DNA of 64,000 nt from Anthoceros angustus (lineage: Eukaryota; Plantae; Anthocerotophyta). Shown piece by piece: positions 13,580-26,419 of the stretch. The notes under the pieces were generated by a model that was given only the letters and a program-made list of their open reading frames with translations, did not search any database and had not been told where the DNA came from. How positions within the stretch are numbered: position 1 is the stretch's first letter; each line of letters starts with the position of its first letter. The stretch covers positions 62,001-126,000 of the forward strand of contig MU008190.1 in assembly GCA_010909165.1 (NCBI GenBank), read 5' to 3'. Position numbers and translations under genes: made by a program.

Positions 13580-14920
13580 CAAAGTTGTGTCATAACAAAT
13601 TTTCCCACTGGCGGGATAACTTCTTATGACAACTCTATGAAAATATGGAATACTGAAGTCGTCACCGGGCGGGTTATGTGTGACAACTTTTTTTTCACCA
13701 GTATTCTATACTTAGATGCCTTGGCATCTCCGAGTCTCCATCGTCTTATACGGGCCACATCATCGCATTATGGGTTGTATGCGGCAAAAATCTTTCTGTC
13801 TCGCAACTTGGGCTCTGGTGTTCGGATGTTGGCATTTAGGTTTTTTCCTGCTGTTTGGGTTTTTCTGACACACATACACATGTTAATATTCACCTGAAAC
13901 ACACATACACATGTCTCGCCCCCGTGCGAAGGACCTGGTTGAATTCCCTCCTGATCGGGTTGCATCCCTCCGAGCATTGCAACCATGGGGAACTGAAACG
14001 TGTGGTGCACTGCTACTGGTTGTGCAGGAACTGCATATCGCGAGGGACAATGCATATGCGAAGGGCTTGGAGGACATGGACTTCCTCCCGGGCATGTATC
14101 GGCTGCACATGGCACTGACGTCACTCTGCAGGGAGTGCAGGAGTAGACGAGAGGCATTACCTGAATACCTCCAGCGATGGCTGGAGGCTAAAGCCACACC
14201 GTGGGTGTGGACAGTGATCACCTTGCTCCGGACTGTGGTACCCTATGCGTGAGGAACTTGCGGACCAGCTTTGAGGCTCTTCCGGGATTGAGCGGGGTAT
14301 AGGATGTAGGGAAGTCTTTTGTGCGCTCCCACCTTATCTCCCACCATGAGGTGGGAGCGTAGACCGTGCGGAATTTTCATTTGTGTTGAATTGAGGCATG
14401 AGCACAGTGGTGGCTTTGTTTTTGGTCGGATGTGTGGTCTTCCTCTGTGAAGTAATCCTCCCAATCGCACCATCACGAAGATGGCCGAGAGCGGGCATGC
14501 AAGCTTTGCAGTCGCGTAAGGCCTAGATGGCTGCTCTAGGCTATTTGCCACAGAGGCCTGGTGAAAGTTTGCTCATGGCATACTCAAGGCCTGAGCAGGG
14601 CCATTTCCCCAATGTTCCACACTTTGTGGCTCAGGTTGAGGTTTGCGAAGGTTAGCCATATGGGTGCTTGCGAGGATATGCAAGGGCCAATGTTTCGACA
14701 ACCCTAAGAAAGAAAACCATGTGTATCGCACATAAAAAGATTCTTGACACAGCTTCTGACGACCGATCGCTACACAGAGGACAGCCCCCCCGGCAGATGT
14801 CATCAAATGTGTGACCTAAGAAGTTTTCCGCCGGAAACCTTCTTAGGTCACCCTTGATAAAAACCCTTAGTCCGTGACGACTTCGGTATTACATATGAAA
14901 ACCCATAGTACGCCATAGTG
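13580..14920. mobile_element. Possible non-autonomous DNA transposon (CACTA-like subterminal hairpins)
   Basis: Related hairpins lie near both ends (about 13582-13632 and 14811-14851). An inverted pair aatactgaagtcgtcacc (about 13648) / gtgacgacttcggtatt (about 14874) and tagtg at 14916-14920 are present. No matching TIR pair or TSD was found. Confidence 0.3.
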
Positions 14921-15518
14921 GAGTTTGTCTTTGATTTCTTATGTAGGAACAATAAAAGGACGGAATATGTATATGGACCTGACTACAAGGCCAGGTTCCA
15001 ATAAAACAAGCCGCGGGGGACCGTCAGCTGGGCCTGTCCATTCCGTCAGGCGGAAGTCAAGTGATTCATGGGAGTGAAAATGTATACCGCTGGTTGAAGA
15101 AGTTTCGGTCTAAGACTGGACAGCGAGGCATGCATCAGAAATGACGCGTCATCGCCTCACGGCACTCTCTCTCCTGCGCCCGCGCAAGGCTTCCAGCCGC
15201 TTCGGGCTTCGCATCTTAGGCAGGTCGGCCCCGGCTAGCCCTGTTGCCTGCACCCCGGTGTCTCTCTCTTCTTCTTCTCCACGCTCCGCTACTTTGGCCT
15301 CTGCTCCCCTTCCTGCTCGGCTCCTGCCGCTCCGTCAGCTTGCCTGCCTGCACGCCTGGTCCCGTCTCACGCCCTCTCGCCCATCCTGCCCTCCGAACCC
15401 TAGCTTCCCTTCCATGCAGATCTGACCTGCCCGCATTCCCTGGCCCCGGAGCCGCATCTCCTCGCGCGAACTCGGGCGGTGCCGGAAGCAGGGGTTGCCT
15501 TCTAGCCGGTCGGCAGCA

Positions 15519-17157
15519 ATGTCATCTCGCAAGCGCACCTTGCTTAAAGTCATCATCCTCGGGGATAGCGGGTACGCGTTACTGGCGTGCTGAATTCTGA
15601 TTGCGAGCTGGTTGCGGTGTGTGGAGGTGATTCGTGGCGTTGGCTTGTGTGTGGCTGCGTGGGATGTGGTGTCCCACTCTTGAGAGCCGAAGCTTCGTTC
15701 CCGTGCGGATTCGGAGCTTGAATCGTTTGCTTGTGCGTGTTGGAGCTGTGCTGGCTGGGTTGCTGTGGGAGTGGGAGATTCATGTTGAGTTGGAACCCTG
15801 GGGGAGCGTCGGTGGTTGGAGCTCTGTGGCCTCGGGTTCTAAAATGTGTTTTCTTACATTTTAGCTATGAATTTCATGGTAGGGCTGACATTTTTACGTT
15901 CCTATGGGGTGATGCAGGGTCGGCAAGACTTCGTTGATGAATCAGTATCCTTTGGTAACATTGGGATGTAGGGGTCTGTCGTTGTTTGACTGTCTCTGAG
16001 TGTGTGGTTTTAGACTGCTGCCCCTATCGTGGACGTTCTTTTTCACTCCCTAAGATATGTGAACAAGAAATTCAGCAATCAGTACAAAGCCACTATTGGT
16101 GCCGACTTTTTGACGAAGGAGGTCCAGGTGGAAGATAGACTTGTTACCATGCAGGTGAGCTACTATGTGGTATTAGGCAAGGGTGGTGAAAGTGACTGTG
16201 GGGTGTAGTGTCTCACGTCCGAAATCTGGCGTCCTTCCAGATATGGGATACAGCTGGACAAGAGCGGTTTCAGAGCCTTGGCGTGGCGTTTTATCGTGGA
16301 GCTGATTGTTGTGTCCTCGTTTATGATGTCAACGTTATGAAGTCTTTTGACAACCTTGACAACTGGCGTGATGAGTTTTTGATCCAGGCAAGCTCCTCCC
16401 CCATGCTTGTCTTCTGAATGTTCATATCTATTAAAACATCATGAATAAGTTGTCCGTCGATAATCGGCCTTTTTTGTCATCTTGTTTCTATTGCCTATCT
16501 GTAAGCCTTGTGTTGTTTGGTTCTTCTTGTATCTTATGCGGTGCCACAGCAAATATATGAAGTTGCGGCATGTGTTCATTTTTGCTCAACCTTGTCCTAC
16601 GTTTGTGTCAATGATCTCCATGCTCTATGACATCAATTGATTTTTTTTTCTTTTGCAGGCTAGCCCCTCTGACCCTGAGAATTTCCCGTTTGTGGTCCTC
16701 GGGAACAAGGTTGATGTTGATGGTGGAAATAGCCGTGTGGTACGTATGTGGTGGTAACCTGAGATTAGGGGTGGCAGTGGCTTTGTGTTCTGGTTGACAA
16801 GAAGTGTGTTCAAAAGTCTCGTTTCTTATCTGACTGAAGGTGTCAGAGAAGAAAGCGAAGGCATGGTGTGCTTCAAAGGGGAATATACCGTACTTCGAAA
16901 CTTCTGCAAAGGAGGATTACAATGTAGATGCTGCTTTCCAGTGCATCGCGAAGAATGCCCTAAAAAATGAGACTGAGGAGGAGATGTAAGGACTACGAAG
17001 CCTTCATGAGCTTCTAGAAGTTGGTGGTCCTTGCCATTAGTTGCTCGTGGTGGATGCCCCTCTTGCTGATATCTGTGGGTCTGTGTGCAGCTATTTGCCA
17101 GACACTATTGATGTGAACAACGTAAGGACTGTAAAATCAGGAGGCTGTGAATGCTAA
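15519..17157 (+). CDS. RAB7: Rab7/RabG3 small GTPase (7 exons)
   Basis: [18 protein letters not shown]|[48 protein letters not shown] and C-terminal GCEC prenylation motif. The exons join in frame; one intron is GC-AG. Confidence 0.97.
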
Positions 17158-18136
17158 TTCTGGCGAAGATTTAGAAAACTCTTACTTCCTCAAGCTGCTT
17201 CCTTCTCCTTCCTATGGCGAACCTTCATCAGGATATAGACCAGTTCCAACAGGGCAAACTTACAGGTGGTTATATAAATGGAGGCAGGGAGGTCGTGAAA
17301 GTCCTTGCCGATGAGATGGTGTCATTCTGCACAATCATGCTGATGCGGTGAGAATGGTCGTGCGGAACGGGTCGAGGTGACTACAAGGCAGAGTGGTAGT
17401 TTCACCGGGTTTCATGGGGTTTCAGCTTCTCAACATTCTTTCGGGTTCAGCTGGGAACGCGTTCTTTGGTTGGTTGGTTGGTTGGTTTTGTGCGTAATAT
17501 GTAGCTCAATGTGGGAACCCTCTCTTCTGTAGTTTCTTTGTAATATTTGATTCCTTGTGATCAGTCTCTATTGGGGAGGTTGATCATCACCAGCCGTTTC
17601 TGCTGAGCCTTTTTGCATCAGGCTAACCGTCTCATTGTCCTCCTCTGTTTTGTACTTCTGCTAGTGCCATCTCGATCAGCGGCCTCTTGTGGTTACGGTG
17701 TCCAGACTTTCGTCGGCGTTTTTGCCATCCCGCCGGTTGTTTCTGCAGGTCTGTCGCAGATTATTTTGCATCAGTTCGATGTAGGCATAGAGTACCTATT
17801 ACTTTCCGCTTTTGTGTTTAAAGTGTGCACCACCTTGGCAACACCAATCGAAATTCCGTGGTCGTTGTACCTCTCGAATGAGTCATCAGTCATAAGCATT
17901 GCTATAATCGTCTGGAATACGGCTCGGACCATGTACCTCGCATCGAGTCTGGCATCATGGCAGCTGTGGCGGCAGTCCTTGCAACATCTCTGTAATTTCG
18001 GGCCCGTGTGTATCCCTACCTATTTCGTAAACTTCTTATGTGAATCGTCCTCGGACGACGGCCATGGACTTGCCTGACGTCGAAGGTTTGCAATCAAATT
18101 TGTGATTCTTTGGGATCTGTCTTCTCCGGTGGCGAA

Positions 18137-19513
18137 ATGAGATCTCACATCTCGAAGCAGCTTCTGCGCTCCGCCGTTCAGAGGCACCAAGGACGGCAGT
18201 GGGCGGTACAGAAGCCCGCGAATTTCCTCCAAAACGGCTACGGCTCCCCATCTCATCGGCATCTATGGCTCTTGAGGGTGAGATTGCGTCTTCAGCACTG
18301 GGCCTGGTTGGTAGTGAAAGTTGCAGCTGACTGTGCCTTGGATTTGAATTTAAGGAGGCCCTCTGGTTGTTCTGACTCGCAGATTTTCAACAAGGAAGCG
18401 CGTGCACAGGACAAGGCGAGGCTGTGAGTCGGCTTCTCTCGAGACTTGACCACTTGATGACTGAGCTTCTTTCACCTTGGACTGGACAGAAGTTGTCTTC
18501 TTTTGTAGTGCAGTCAAGACGAGCTAAATCGGGGATATTTCGATGATATGAGGGACCTAGCAAAGCACGGTGGTAAGGTAATGCTGCGCGGAGGTCAAAA
18601 ACATCCACTTTCAAAAGCTTACGTGACTTGGATGTTGTGTTCTACATGACGCTTCATGCTGTTCCCTACGCAGTTGCATGCCACAAGCAACAACTTGCTG
18701 CCAATTGCGGCTGCCCTAAAATTCCCTCCGCTTGAGGTTTACTTCAGAACTGGTAACTCTATCACCTTGCCAGTAGAGGAGTCGCCTGTGGATCTCACGG
18801 TGGTTTGTATTGGATTTCGAGCAAACGCACAGGTAAGAGCAATGTGTGTGGCCTGAGATGATTTTATGGAACATGCAAGACACTATGGTTGCTGTTGTAT
18901 CCACTATATCTGTTTCGTTCCTCTTGCTTGTAGGCTATGATAGAGTCATGGAGCTTGCCATTTCTAGATGCCTTCAAGGCCACACCAAACGTGGAGCTCT
19001 ACGAGGTCAGTGGCTCTTGTTTGAGGTTGTTAGAGGATGAAGAGCTTCAGTTATGGTAGTTTAAGAGGTAGGACCGACATTGGTATACCTGTAAGTAACT
19101 TTTGCCTTTTTTCCGCATTTCCAGGTATCTGTTGTGGAGAGTTTGCTGCTGTCAACTCCCCCTCTTAAGCAGTTGCTGTTACGATCCATGAAGGCTCCCA
19201 AATTACCCGACAATGATCAACTTGTGCGAAGGAATGTCGTTTTCGCATTTGGGGATAAATACTGGTTCCGAAAAGCGGTGACCATTCCTAATCTCTTGAC
19301 CGGGTAAGGCTTTATCTCGGGCTCCTCGCTGCACAGGTCGATCACCGGCTGTCTCAAGGCTGAGAATGTCAGCGTTCCTGCAGGTACATATTTCTACTGG
19401 ACAAGAAAGGAAGAATCAGGTGGCGAGCCACTGGATCAGCCACCAGCGAAGAGCTTTCCTTCATGATATCATGTGCATCACGCCTTCTAAAGGAAGAGCA
19501 AGCCAGTTTTTGA
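18137..19513 (+). CDS. ATP10: Mitochondrial ATP synthase assembly factor ATP10 (7 exons; absent from the ORF track as a whole gene)
   Basis: Spliced translation IFNKEARAQDKARL|QDELNRGYFDDMRDLAKHGGK|...LKFP...CIGFRANAQ|AMIESWSLPF...|...FGDKYWFRK...NLLTG|YIFLLDKKGRIRWRATG matches the plant ATP10 family. All introns are GT-AG; stop TGA at 19511-19513. Confidence 0.9.
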
Positions 19514-19586
19514 AGTCTGGAAAAATGTAGCCGAGTATACATTCGAGTATACCTTTTGGAATCTCAAATCTTTAATTTGATCATCT

Positions 19587-21728
19587 TCATACAGTTTCTT
19601 CGGCAATGCCGCAACCTGGCTCTGGCGATGTCTGCGGCTTCTGGAAACCTTCCTTCGATGCAGGTGAGACGACCTCTCCTGTGCTTATGGAGGACTGCAA
19701 GGTACTCCTGTATTCCTCGTTAGTAGCAGCATCGTAGGATGCGTGCAGGCCAAATGTGAAGTAGTAGGCCAGGATCGCGGCGGTCACAAACCCGAATCGG
19801 ATGAAGGCACTTCGCTCCAGGGAGCCCAAGAGGAAACAGTTGACGACAATGGAAGTAGAGGGAATCCAGGGCATCAGAGGCACTCCCCATACCTTGGGCT
19901 TCTGAGACTGAGGCAAGAAGAGGGACAGACTCAGTGTTGCTAGGAACCACGCTCCCCCTGTAATTGGGTAGCCTATCCAGTCTTTATCGGTGGAGAGGCC
20001 CCAGTACGCCCCCAGTGCTATGGAGGACGCGAGGATGAGCAGGATGTGCAGGATAAGCAGGTTCCTCAAAGGATGGGAAGTTTTCCCAGCTACATAGTAC
20101 CGTCGCACCAGCAGAGCTATGGCTACCAGGGTGAAGATGGTGAGCGTGCTCACAGACAGGAGAGTGGACAGGACCTTGAGCTCGGTGAAGAATGCCACCA
20201 CACATGTCATGCTGAGCATGACCAGAGTTGCTCGAATGGGAGTTTGGGTCTTGGAATTGACGTGGGCAAACCATGGCGGTATCATGTGGGTGCGGGCAAT
20301 GTGGGTGACGTACCTGGCCTGTAAATTGGTACACAAACCACTGTCATGTTGTCTGCTGAGCAAAGGAGGAGGCAGGCAATTATGCGGCTTTCAGAAGCAT
20401 ACCTGGCTGACGGAGGAGACGAGCAGGACGGTGGTCATGCCTTTCAAGGCCCCAAGGGCCACAAGATACTGGGCCCAGCTCAGGCCGACGGCCTTAAATG
20501 CAAAGGAGAAGGGCGCATCGTGATTGATCTGGTAGTAGGGCTGCAGGAGGGACAGCACCGCAGCCATGAGGCAGTAGATGATGGTCACGAAGGTCATGGA
20601 TCCCATCAAGCCAATCGGAATGTCTCGAGAAGGATTCTTCGTTTCCTCCGCCAATGTCGCCACTGCATCGAAGCCCAGGTATGCGAAGTAGACCACAGCT
20701 GAGGCTTCGAAGATGCCTCTGACTCCGAACGGCAGGAACGGGGTGAAGTTTGCTGTATCCCCCTTGACGAAGCCTGTGATGATCACAAAGGTTATGATGA
20801 GAACGCTCACAGCTGAGGCAATCCAGTTGGCAACGGAGGTGGCCTTGGTGCTGTAGATAGCAATCAGGCCTGTGACCCAGATCACCCCAACTGCTAGGGG
20901 GTCCAGCTCGTTGTAATTGTCAGCCAATTCGTGGACGTGGATCCGAAGCTGGTCGGGTTGCTTGTTTATGAGAGTTGCGAGATAAGATGTCCAAGCCCGC
21001 GCCACGGCTGCTGCTCCTATCACGTACTCCGTGATGATGTTGCCTGCAGTGATGAAGGCGATGAAGTCACCGAGCTCCACCCTGAGAAAGGCGAATGAGC
21101 CGCCTACCAGTAGCACGAAGGGTGTTCAGTGTTATCCTATGTTGTGAAGTTTCTTTGCTTGACCAGTGATTGCACACAATATCTGATCAGGTTGGGATCT
21201 ACCAGCAACTGGAACCTCGATAGCGAACTCCGTGTAGCAAAAGACGGAGAGCATAGAGGAAACTCCCGCCACCACGAAGGAGAGAATGAGGGCAGGTCCC
21301 ACTACAGTGGCTGCCTGCAAACCTGCGGAGGATGTCATGCACTGGTGAGCTTGTGAGCAGGTTGGTCTGGAAATTGCAAATCTGGACTGGTGCGATTTGA
21401 AGGTACCTGTCACCACGAAAATGCCGGCACCAACAACAGCGCCGATGGACAGCCAGGTCAAGTCCCACCAATTCAGCGACCTTTTCATTCTGTTCTTGCT
21501 GCGCATCACCATGTCGCTCACTTCGCTCGCAACAGTGGCTCTGGCAAACACCCGACGGCGAAATCGAAGCCCAGTCTCAGCCACCGCCTTGCCATAGCTA
21601 CCCAGACTCTGGAAGGATGGTTCAGGGAACAATTGGAATGCTGAATTGCTCATTTCATGAATAGGTCCTCCTGCTGCAGTGTCCCCTGTTCCTCCATTCT
21701 TTCCACCACTCTGCTGCTCACCGGCCAT
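19587..21728 (-). CDS. Cationic amino acid transporter (CAT family, APC superfamily)
   Basis: RSLNWWDLTWLSIGAVVGAGIFVVTG, CYTEFAIEVPVAG, AYLGFDAVATLAEETKNPSRDIPIGL and C-terminal WGVPLMPWIPSTSIVVNCFLLGSL. Confidence 0.95.
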
Positions 21729-23742
21729 TGCTTCGAATTCCAAAATCAGGATGAGAAATGGGCTATCGCCCACAATGAGCAATGGAACCGAGCCTCGCAG
21801 AACTCAGGTGCGGTCGAGTGTGCAGAATGAAAATGGAACAGTGCTGGACATCGCATCGAATTATCTTTGAGACACGAGGGAAAGCGCCAGCAGCGGCATG
21901 AAGGAGGTAGGACAATTTTTTTCTCTCTCTAGGTACTTGCACATCGTTATATACGTACCAAACTTGAGAGCAACAGCCGGCAGCAGATACCAATGCCAGA
22001 ACCTCGAGATCGCAGGTCACGAGTTAGAGTCTCTGTATCTGTACACTCCTTAAAATCGGGTTCTGGTGGAAGCTCGAACGAGTATTTTAATCTTGTAGTA
22101 CACTGCAAGAACTGCAGAGATTCTGCAGGTAAACGACACCCTTCTTACATACTCAAAGCTCAAGTAAACTGCATGGCTTTGATCTCGCATGTAACTAAAA
22201 CAAAACACTATGCTGCGATGCGATGCACTGATCACTGTCTACAGACAGACATGAAAATTACTGTAACTTCAGTGTTGGATTAGTCTACAAGCTCATTCCA
22301 GAATTCAATCCAGAGATGGATGAACATTACATTCTGTCTTGTTCCCGGCTTCAACAAGCTTCTAAGGTTGTCATGGGTTGCAGGTGGGATGTACCTGCCA
22401 GCGCTTTTGACGTGGTTGACTTGACCTGGGCGCCAATGAGATATATCACCACGCCACTCGCCACCTAGATGTACGCGGACACCTATCAGTGCTCACCCAT
22501 AAAATAAAGTTGCGGCTGGAATGTGTCGGATTTTTTTTCACGGGCTGCTCGAAGTCCTAAAGCACAGCTTATTCGCTATCCTGTGGGGCTCAATTAAGAC
22601 GATAACATCTTTCTGGAAGTTGGTTTTGTTGTGTGAATTTGACTTCGACTAGACGTGATGCAAGCCTTGCTAGCTTCTGAAGTTCAGCAGGCCGAAGAAA
22701 CCCAGCATTGAGTGACAAGAGGGAGGGAAACCTGGTCGACAACCTGGTTACTCAAGAGACACGATTGGCTCAGCCCGTCCAAATAAAACGTTTCTTTACC
22801 AAATGCCTACGGCATGAAGCAGGCTGGCCCGAATGCTTTTCAGGTTTGTAACACATCTACAAACGTTGTGCAACGCTTAAGGGCGAAGGGCACGTTTTTC
22901 TCCGTGGAATCGCCTTGTTGTCATATTTGCTCATTTGGAGCCTCTACTCTCTCCACACACCTCGAGAAAGCAAGAAAGGACGGCATGTCTACACAGATGC
23001 TGTTGGTTGGGGGTCTAACAGAATTTCCAAGTTATGTATATAAGTTTTTTAGATTGGAATAAATTAAAACCACAGAAGATACTTATTCATATTATTTTAA
23101 CCTACTCCCAATAATGAAGTCACTAATACATACATAAGATTCGTATGATTAATATTAAATAAATTATTAAGTGAGACGTCCTCGACAAGACACGAGACTT
23201 GGCCACATAATCTACACCTGTGCTTCTATAAAACGGCGACAAGGCTTCTAAGTTGAATCACTGTGTTGTGAGAATTAGTAAAAGATTTAGGTGAGTAGTT
23301 TGGACATCATTCATTAATTGTTATACGTATTGCCAAATGAAATTAGGAGGAGGTTTGGAAGAGGAAAACATAAATCCTTCGACATTTCAGCGCTTTCATT
23401 TGCAGCAAGGTGCGGGATAAAATGAATTTGTAGAATTTCATTTCATTTTCACTTCATGAAATGTTAAGCAACTTTGTTGTAATACAGAATGAACGAACAG
23501 CACAGGTTGTGCGAAACTAGTCATACAGGTGAATCTTCTTATCTACTAGCAACTAAAAATTTATTAATATTTTTTTCTTCCATACATATTTTATTTCTTA
23601 ATGACTTGTCAAACTTAGAATCTCAAGAAGGAGAATACTCTATGGAAGACGAGACAATACTATCCTCTTCAATTTCAAAATCAGGTCTGGCTTCTTTCAA
23701 ATGGTGATGGATAAGAATCATTCAAATATTTAAGACTAAATA

Positions 23743-25959
23743 TTGTTTCATGAAATGGTCACACTAGAACTTTCAAGCAACGAGAACACAAGTATTTCTG
23801 TCACCCATATTCCAATTTATGTGCGACCTTGGAATTCGTTCGCAAACAAATTGCAAGCTCAACAATTACAAGTATTTTTGAACAATTATGAGGTTCTACC
23901 ACAACCTACTCATAATAGAAGATATTCATTATTGTCGAACGGTCATCATAATATGTCTTACCAAGAGGATATGTGGTTAAACAATAGGTACAAGGATATA
24001 GTCCAATCACATATTAGGATGGGGATGCACCACTGTAACAGAAACATGCAAACTAACTTAGGCTCTTGGGTAATAGACCAGTGTGCTGAGTCAAAAAAAA
24101 CATCACCCATGAAAACAAAGGTTCCATTACAAAAAAAAGCTTTGGGACCACCTCCTCTCTGTTCAATGTGCAATAATATTTCTCCACAATTTGGTCAAGC
24201 ACCTAAGCAGTTCACATATTCCGAACTTCAAAAAGCTACTAAGAGCTTTTCAAGGCATGGCTACTTGGCTGAAGGAGGTTATGGATTTGTTTATAGAGGA
24301 ACTCTTTTGGATGGTCAAGAAGTTGCAGTGAAACAATATAAACATGCAAGCTCACAAGGGGATAAGGAATTTTGTTCTGAGGTAGAGGTTTTAAGTTGTG
24401 CTCAACATCGTAATGTTGTTAAACTCATTGGTTATTGTCTAGAAGATCAAAGAAGATTACTTGTCTACGAATTTGTGTGCAATGGATCCCTTGATTGGCA
24501 TTTATCTCGTAAGCTTTCACAAACTTAACGGTTATTCATCATAAGTATTTCTTACATTCTCATGACTTTCTTTCATATACTAATAATGTACTATTGGATT
24601 GATAGCTTCTAACCCATATGTTCTCGAGTGGAAACATCGCGAGAAAATAGCAGTTGGCACTGCACGTGGACTTCGTTACTTACATGAAGAAGTTCGTGTG
24701 GGTTGTATTATCCATCGAGATTTGCGGCCAAACAATATTCTATTGACGCATGACTTCACACCAATGGTAAGGTTAGTAACTTGTTTAATAATTCAGCATA
24801 AACATTTAGTGTATTTCAATTGAATATATCCAATGTTAACAGTAGATGAATGATATGTTTTAGAGTTCTATCATGACAACTTAAATACATGAGTAACACT
24901 TAAAGTTCTAACATATTTTGTGAATGACATGAGGTCGGAGACTTTGGATTGGCTCGATGGCAACCTGATGGAAATTTGGCAGTAGAGACTCGAGTAATAG
25001 GCACACTTGGGTAGGATTTGTAAGAACCAGACTTTATATTTTTGCTTTTACATGTAGAACTTTTACTTTTATATCATGCTAACTATTCTTTTGTTGTAGA
25101 TACTTGGCTCCTGAATATGCAGAGACCGGACACATAACAGATAGAGCAGATGTTTATTCTTTTGGTGTTGTTTTATTAGAGCTAATAACTGGTCGAAAGG
25201 CTATTGATCCTTCTCGTCCAAAGGGGCAACAATGTCTTACAGAATGGGTAACTTCCACTGTGTCACAATCTTTTCTGTGCATGATAGCTATGAAAGTGTT
25301 CTTATACTATGGTTCACTTAAAAATCTTATGCAAAATATATAAGTAGGGTATATTGTGACCTTTCATGCAGGCACGTCCTCTTCTAGAAGAACGAGTTAC
25401 TGATAAATTAATCGATCCTCGTCTTCAAGATGTCGATGAATATGAACTATATTGCATGGTTCATGTTGCATCCTTATGTATTCGTAAGGAACCTACAATG
25501 AGACCTCGAATGAGACAGGTATGAATGATACCAAATGTTTTAAGCTATATTGATAAATATGTTACTATAACTTCTACTCCTAGATATTTTGCATACTTGA
25601 AATTCTAACTCGGATTTATTTTTTGAATATCTTATTTCTTAATTTAATGATAGGTTTTACGAATCTTGGAAGGTGAAAAAGAAATTGGCACTCCTATCCT
25701 AACCACAATTACTAAATCATTGGATGAAATTCAACTATGTACACCAAGTCAAGATAAAACTTCATTGTATACACCAGTTCGGGATGCAATTCAACATTGT
25801 ACACTAAGTCGAGAGCCTACATCTCATGTAAGCTCTCCTAACTTACAAGTGAATAATTCTCTCCCTAGCTCTGAAACAATAATGGTTAGACATAATAAGG
25901 CAAAGCCACGACGAAATAAAGTACCTAGAAAAAAGAAATTATCTTATGGAGAGATGTGA
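23743..25959 (+). CDS. Receptor-like cytoplasmic Ser/Thr kinase (RLK/Pelle; PPPLCSxC...HRDxRPNN type); start codon uncertain
   Basis: [57 protein letters not shown] and [18 protein letters not shown]. Five GT-AG introns join in frame; stop at 25957-25959. Confidence 0.93.
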
Positions 25960-26019
25960 ATAAAGATTTTTTTTTCATAAACTATAAGTACTATTCTTTT
26001 TTAATTATGCATCATGAAC

Positions 26020-26190
26020 TATTTAATAAAGACTCCTTGGCATCCCATATATTTTGATCACCACATAAGGTTGGTGGGGCCCTACCCATTCTTATGAATG
26101 TGGTACGCTTTAGCACATCCCTTGATAAACCTCAAAAAATCATGGCCCACTGAGTCTCGATAGCATATATGGGGGTGTACTTGTTACCCT
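26020..26190 (-). mobile_element. Degenerate 3' fragment of a CRE-type non-LTR retrotransposon (RLE C-terminus)
   Basis: The minus strand gives NKY...AIETQWAM...RFIKGCAKAYH, matching LALETHGAMGKDFCRLIKECAKAYH at 56143-56361. Confidence 0.6.
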
Positions 26191-26419
26191 TGACTGTCGC
26201 GTAGGACAGTCAAGGTTCATAAGTACACCCCTAGGCGGGAAAAAAAGAACGTTACAAGAAGAACAAAAAGGTTTATCAATTCTCATTCTAGAGATGGCCA
26301 AAGGACTGCTACTGGGGCTCAAAAGGACATGGTGGTTGCTAGCAACCAAAAGACTGTAACTAGACTCTAATGGACATATGATGAATGTGGCTTTACTTCA
26401 AAAGGAGGGAATTTTTTCC

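Noticed and set aside
17613-18262. ORFs 17613-18077 (+) and 18020-18262 (-) between Rab7 and ATP10
   Set aside because: No recognisable domain or splice structure; the second overlaps the ATP10 5' end antisense.
26172-26234. Helitron 3' end (hairpin plus CTAG)
   Set aside because: The hairpin is far longer than the usual 16-20 nt, has no spacer before CTAG, and no Rep/helicase or 5' TC end was found.
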